64,000 nt of DNA from positions 31,873 to 95,872 of the forward strand of contig CALVBY010000001.1 in NCBI GenBank assembly GCA_944325905.1, written 5' to 3'. Below, piece by piece: positions 61,052 through 64,000 of the stretch. A program made the position numbers and the translations under genes. Under the pieces are notes generated by a model. That model ran no database searches. It was not told the DNA's origin and was given only the letters and a program-made list of their open reading frames with translations. The first letter of the stretch is position 1; each line of letters begins with the position of its first letter. The stretch is from Candidatus Gastranaerophilales bacterium. GTDB taxonomy: Bacteria; Cyanobacteriota; Vampirovibrionia; Gastranaerophilales; Gastranaerophilaceae.

Positions 61052-62821
61052 ATGCAAACACTAAATATTAATATACTAGAAAAAATAAATTCACCGCAAG
61101 ATGTAAAAAAGCTTTCAGTTTCTGAGATGGAAAATTTAGCAACAGAAATCAGAAATACAATCATAAATAAAGTAAATTTAATCGGGGGACACTTGGGCCC
61201 TGATTTAGGTATTGTAGAAGCCACAATTGCAATGCACTACGTTTTTAATTCACCTCAGGATAAATTTATTTTTGATGTATCACACCAATGTTATCCGCAC
61301 AAAATGCTTACCGGAAGAAAGCAAGGATTCATTGATCCTATAGGGCATCCGGAAATATCAGGTTATTCAAACCCAGCCGAAAGCGAGCACGATCACTTTG
61401 TAATCGGCCACACATCAACTTCCGTAACTCTTGCAACAGGTGTTGCAAAAGCTCGTGATATAAAAGGTGAAAAATACAATGTAATTGCTTTAATTGGTGA
61501 TGGTTCTTTAAGCGGTGGAGAGGCTTTTGAAGGATTCAACAATGCAGCCACATTGAATAGTAACTTTATTATAATCGTTAATGATAATGAAATGTCAATT
61601 GCAGAGAACCAAGGCGGATTATATAAAAACTTAAGTCTTCTTAGAGAAACAAACGGAACAGCTGAAAACAATGTATTTACGGCAATGGGATTTGACTATT
61701 ACTACCTGGAAGACGGCAATAATGTTGAAAAAATGATTGAAGTTTTAAAAGAAATAAAAGACATTGACCACCCGACAGTTCTTCATATACATACATTAAA
61801 AGGCAAAGGTTATAAACCTGCTGAAGAGGATAAAGAAACCTATCACTGGCAGCTACCCGGATTTTTAGATAAAAAAGATACAGGAACCCCAATTGAGACA
61901 TACGACTCAATTACTACTGACTATATAGTTAAAAAGAAAAATGAAGGTGAACCAATAATCGCAATAACAGCGGCAACACCGGGTGCAATAGGATTTAGCA
62001 AAGAATTCAGAAAAGAACTTGGCGAACATTACACAGATGTAGGCATCGCAGAACAGCATGCCGTAGGATACGCCTCAGGAATAGCACAAAATGGTGGCAA
62101 AGCAATATTGGGCGTACTTAGCTCATTTATTCAAAGAAGCTACGACCAACTTTCGCAAGACTTGGCCTTAAATAATTCTCCTGCAACAATTTTGGTATAC
62201 TGGGGAGGTATTTCAAACGCTGATATGACGCATTTACAAACATTTGATATACCTTTGATAAGCAATATTCCAAACATCGTCTATTTAGCACCAACCAACA
62301 AAGAAGAATATTTGGCAATGCTTGACTGGTCAGTAAAACAAAACGAACACCCTGTTGCAATCAGAGTACCAGCAAGCTCTGTAATTTCAACAGGTATCGA
62401 GGACAAAACAGACTACTCAATTTTAAATAAATACAAAATTGAAGAGCAGGGGCAAAAAGTTGCAATTTTGGGATTGGGAAACTTTTTAACCTTAGCAAAA
62501 GAAGTCAAACGAGAACTTGCTGAAAAAACGAATATTAATGCCACAATAATAAACCCAAGATTTATAACCGGTATAGATACAGAAATGTTAGACAATTTAA
62601 AACAAGACCATGATCTTGTAATCACGCTTGAAGACGGAGTCTTGGACGGTGGTTTTGGAGAAAAAATTGCAAGATATTATGGCAATTCAACAATGAAAGT
62701 TCTAAACTATGGCGGCAAAAAAGAATTCACTGACAGAACGCCTCTTTCAGAGCTTTACAGACGCTACCGCCTGACAAAAGAACAGATAGCGGAAGATGTA
62801 ATTAAAACATTGTCTCTATAA
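61052..62821 (+). CDS. dxs: 1-deoxy-D-xylulose-5-phosphate synthase family
   Basis: GGHLGPDLGIVEATIAMHYVF, DVSHQCYPHKMLTGR, GDGSLSGGEAFEG, GIAEQHAV. Start set at the ATG at 61052 (MQTLNI...). The longer frame from 60950 overlaps the previous gene. Confidence 0.85.
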   Translation: MQTLNINILEKINSPQDVKKLSVSEMENLATEIRNTIINKVNLIGGHLGPDLGIVEATIAMHYVFNSPQDKFIFDVSHQCYPHKMLTGRKQGFIDPIGHPEISGYSNPAESEHDHFVIGHTSTSVTLATGVAKARDIKGEKYNVIALIGDGSLSGGEAFEGFNNAATLNSNFIIIVNDNEMSIAENQGGLYKNLSLLRETNGTAENNVFTAMGFDYYYLEDGNNVEKMIEVLKEIKDIDHPTVLHIHTLKGKGYKPAEEDKETYHWQLPGFLDKKDTGTPIETYDSITTDYIVKKKNEGEPIIAITAATPGAIGFSKEFRKELGEHYTDVGIAEQHAVGYASGIAQNGGKAILGVLSSFIQRSYDQLSQDLALNNSPATILVYWGGISNADMTHLQTFDIPLISNIPNIVYLAPTNKEEYLAMLDWSVKQNEHPVAIRVPASSVISTGIEDKTDYSILNKYKIEEQGQKVAILGLGNFLTLAKEVKRELAEKTNINATIINPRFITGIDTEMLDNLKQDHDLVITLEDGVLDGGFGEKIARYYGNSTMKVLNYGGKKEFTDRTPLSELYRRYRLTKEQIAEDVIKTLSL

Positions 62822-62843
62822 TTCATGCTATAATATAGAGAGT

Positions 62844-64000
62844 ATGAAAAAGTTACTTGTAATTCTAATATTAATCTTTACATGCCCGAGCTTTGCCTTG
62901 GGCATTGAAGATGTTAAAAAGGTATATTTAAATGAAGCCATCAATGCAGCGCTTGAAAATAACCTTGATTTGCAAGCAGCTCAACTAGAAGTAAATATAG
63001 CCAAAAATAACATCAAAGCTGCAAACCGACTTCAAAATCCTTCAGTAGATGCATTTTATTTTCTTGGTGCAGCAGGTGCAAGCGAACCAAAACAAATAGG
63101 CTTAAGCGAAAATATAGAAATTGCAAAAAGGAGTGCCAGAAAAAATTTAGCGCAATCAAATTTAGCACTAGTTGAAAAAAACGTCAGCTATACAAAGTTT
63201 GACCTAAAAATGGATGTTAGAGAAGCTTATATTAATCTTGTTGCTGCTAAATCCATACAGGATACACTAGAACAACAAAAAAGTTTGCAAGAAGAACTTC
63301 TTGAAATTGCACAAATGAGGGTTAAATCAAAACAAGTTCCTGAAATTGATGCAATTCAAGCAGAAATAGCTCTAAACCAGCTAATTACACAAGTCAATAC
63401 GGCAAAAGTAAATGTAAATACTGCACTTGCAAACTTTAATAAAATAATAAACGACCCAAACAAAATCGTTTACGACAGTAAAGACAAATTGTTTTTAGAA
63501 GAAAATAACTTTGAAGAAATGATGACACCCCCACCAAACTCACATTTTCCGTCATTTCAAGAAATAGTAGAAAAAGCCTTAGAAAACAGATACGATGTAA
63601 AAATAGCAAAACAAGAAATAGATATAGCAGAAAAAAATCTCACAGTTGTAGCCCGCCAAAGAATTCCTGATATCTCGCTTACAGGAGGCTACGCCTACCA
63701 AGTAGCAGGCCATAGTAACAGCGGAAACTTTAATAACGGTGCGTACGCAGGGGCGAGCCTTGTCAATATTCCACTATTCTATAATTACTCTCCGGAAATT
63801 CAAAACGCAGCGTACAAAGTTCAACAAGCAGAATTAAAATATGAATCTGTAAAAAATAGAGCAATCAAAGATGTCAGCGCAGCTTACGAAAAATTTCTTA
63901 CTGCAGCCGAAAACCTAAATCATTACGAAGATAAGATTTTGAAAAGTTCAGAAAAAATGATTGATATGTCAATTGATAGCTACGAACACGGCAAATCTGA
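62844..64000 (+). CDS. TolC-family outer membrane efflux protein, 3'-truncated by the window edge
   Basis: Signal peptide MKKLLVILILIFTCPSFA. LNEAINAALENNLDLQAA start and repeated coiled-coil/beta segments typical of OEP/TolC. Hand-translated, not in the ORF track. Confidence 0.8.
   Translation, partial: MKKLLVILILIFTCPSFALGIEDVKKVYLNEAINAALENNLDLQAAQLEVNIAKNNIKAANRLQNPSVDAFYFLGAAGASEPKQIGLSENIEIAKRSARKNLAQSNLALVEKNVSYTKFDLKMDVREAYINLVAAKSIQDTLEQQKSLQEELLEIAQMRVKSKQVPEIDAIQAEIALNQLITQVNTAKVNVNTALANFNKIINDPNKIVYDSKDKLFLEENNFEEMMTPPPNSHFPSFQEIVEKALENRYDVKIAKQEIDIAEKNLTVVARQRIPDISLTGGYAYQVAGHSNSGNFNNGAYAGASLVNIPLFYNYSPEIQNAAYKVQQAELKYESVKNRAIKDVSAAYEKFLTAAENLNHYEDKILKSSEKMIDMSIDSYEHGKS

Noticed and set aside
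62826-62834. TGcTATAAT extended -10 box just upstream of the TolC-like gene.
   Set aside because: It lies only 9 nt from the ATG. It would give an almost leaderless mRNA lacking the AGAGAG ribosome-binding site that is present. The gene is more simply read as co-transcribed with dxs.
1-64000. Scan for CRISPR arrays, rRNA genes, IS elements or transposases, integrases, prophage genes, long direct or inverted repeats, and toxin-antitoxin-like small gene pairs.
   Set aside because: I saw no regularly spaced direct repeats, rRNA-like GC-rich blocks or transposase/integrase motifs such as DDE or tyrosine recombinase R..H..R..Y patterns. The only recurrent elements found are the 17-nt promoter-like motif and the paralogous gene families reported above.

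Overview
This is an AT-rich (roughly one-third G+C by eye), densely coding bacterial chromosomal segment. I found no rRNA, CRISPR array, transposase, integrase or phage-like module.

About 45 genes are recognisable housekeeping or envelope genes:
- DNA repair, translation and protein quality control: recG, uvrB, serS, tilS-hpt, ruvX, def-fmt, dnaJ-like, rsfS.
- Metabolism: eda-kdgK, rpiB, icd-like, pyk, udk-like, nadD-yqeK, aroH, queE, dxs.
- Envelope: csaB, lgt.

There is one tRNA-Leu(UAA).

The envelope genes indicate a diderm cell: a protein with three SLH domains plus the CsaB pyruvyl transferase, Lgt, a TolC-like protein and type IV pilin-like proteins. Together with several cyanobacteria/plastid-flavoured genes this fits a low-GC diderm such as a Melainabacteria-like lineage, but that is inference only.

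Lineage-specific material is interleaved with the housekeeping genes:
1. An exact 17-nt element, TATATACTTTATATATA, sits in the spacer/-10 position of four separate transcription units. These are two tandem paralogous Gly/Met-rich membrane proteins, an unannotated 56-aa ORF, and a roughly 115-nt terminator-bounded candidate sRNA.
2. A roughly 56% G+C structured-RNA island lies in the leader of a receiver-domain plus ParA/MinD-type (TadZ/CpaE-like) ATPase gene. That gene is followed by a gene for a small protein with a Lys-rich N-terminus.
3. Four tandem type IV pilin-like paralogs all carry Ala at the -1 cleavage position and are followed by a Wzx-like flippase gene.
4. Two tandem glycine-zipper membrane paralogs.
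5. Several proteins that look like degenerate or domain-only versions of known families:
   - a HerA-like protein with an eroded P-loop fused to a UvrD/PcrA-type Tudor domain;
   - a PurD homolog lacking catalytic motifs;
   - a protein consisting only of the ClpX zinc-binding domain;
   - a protein made only of Clp-N domains;
   - a membrane-anchored protein with a Pol-beta nucleotidyltransferase motif.

All family assignments come from motif recognition by eye. None has been checked against a database.
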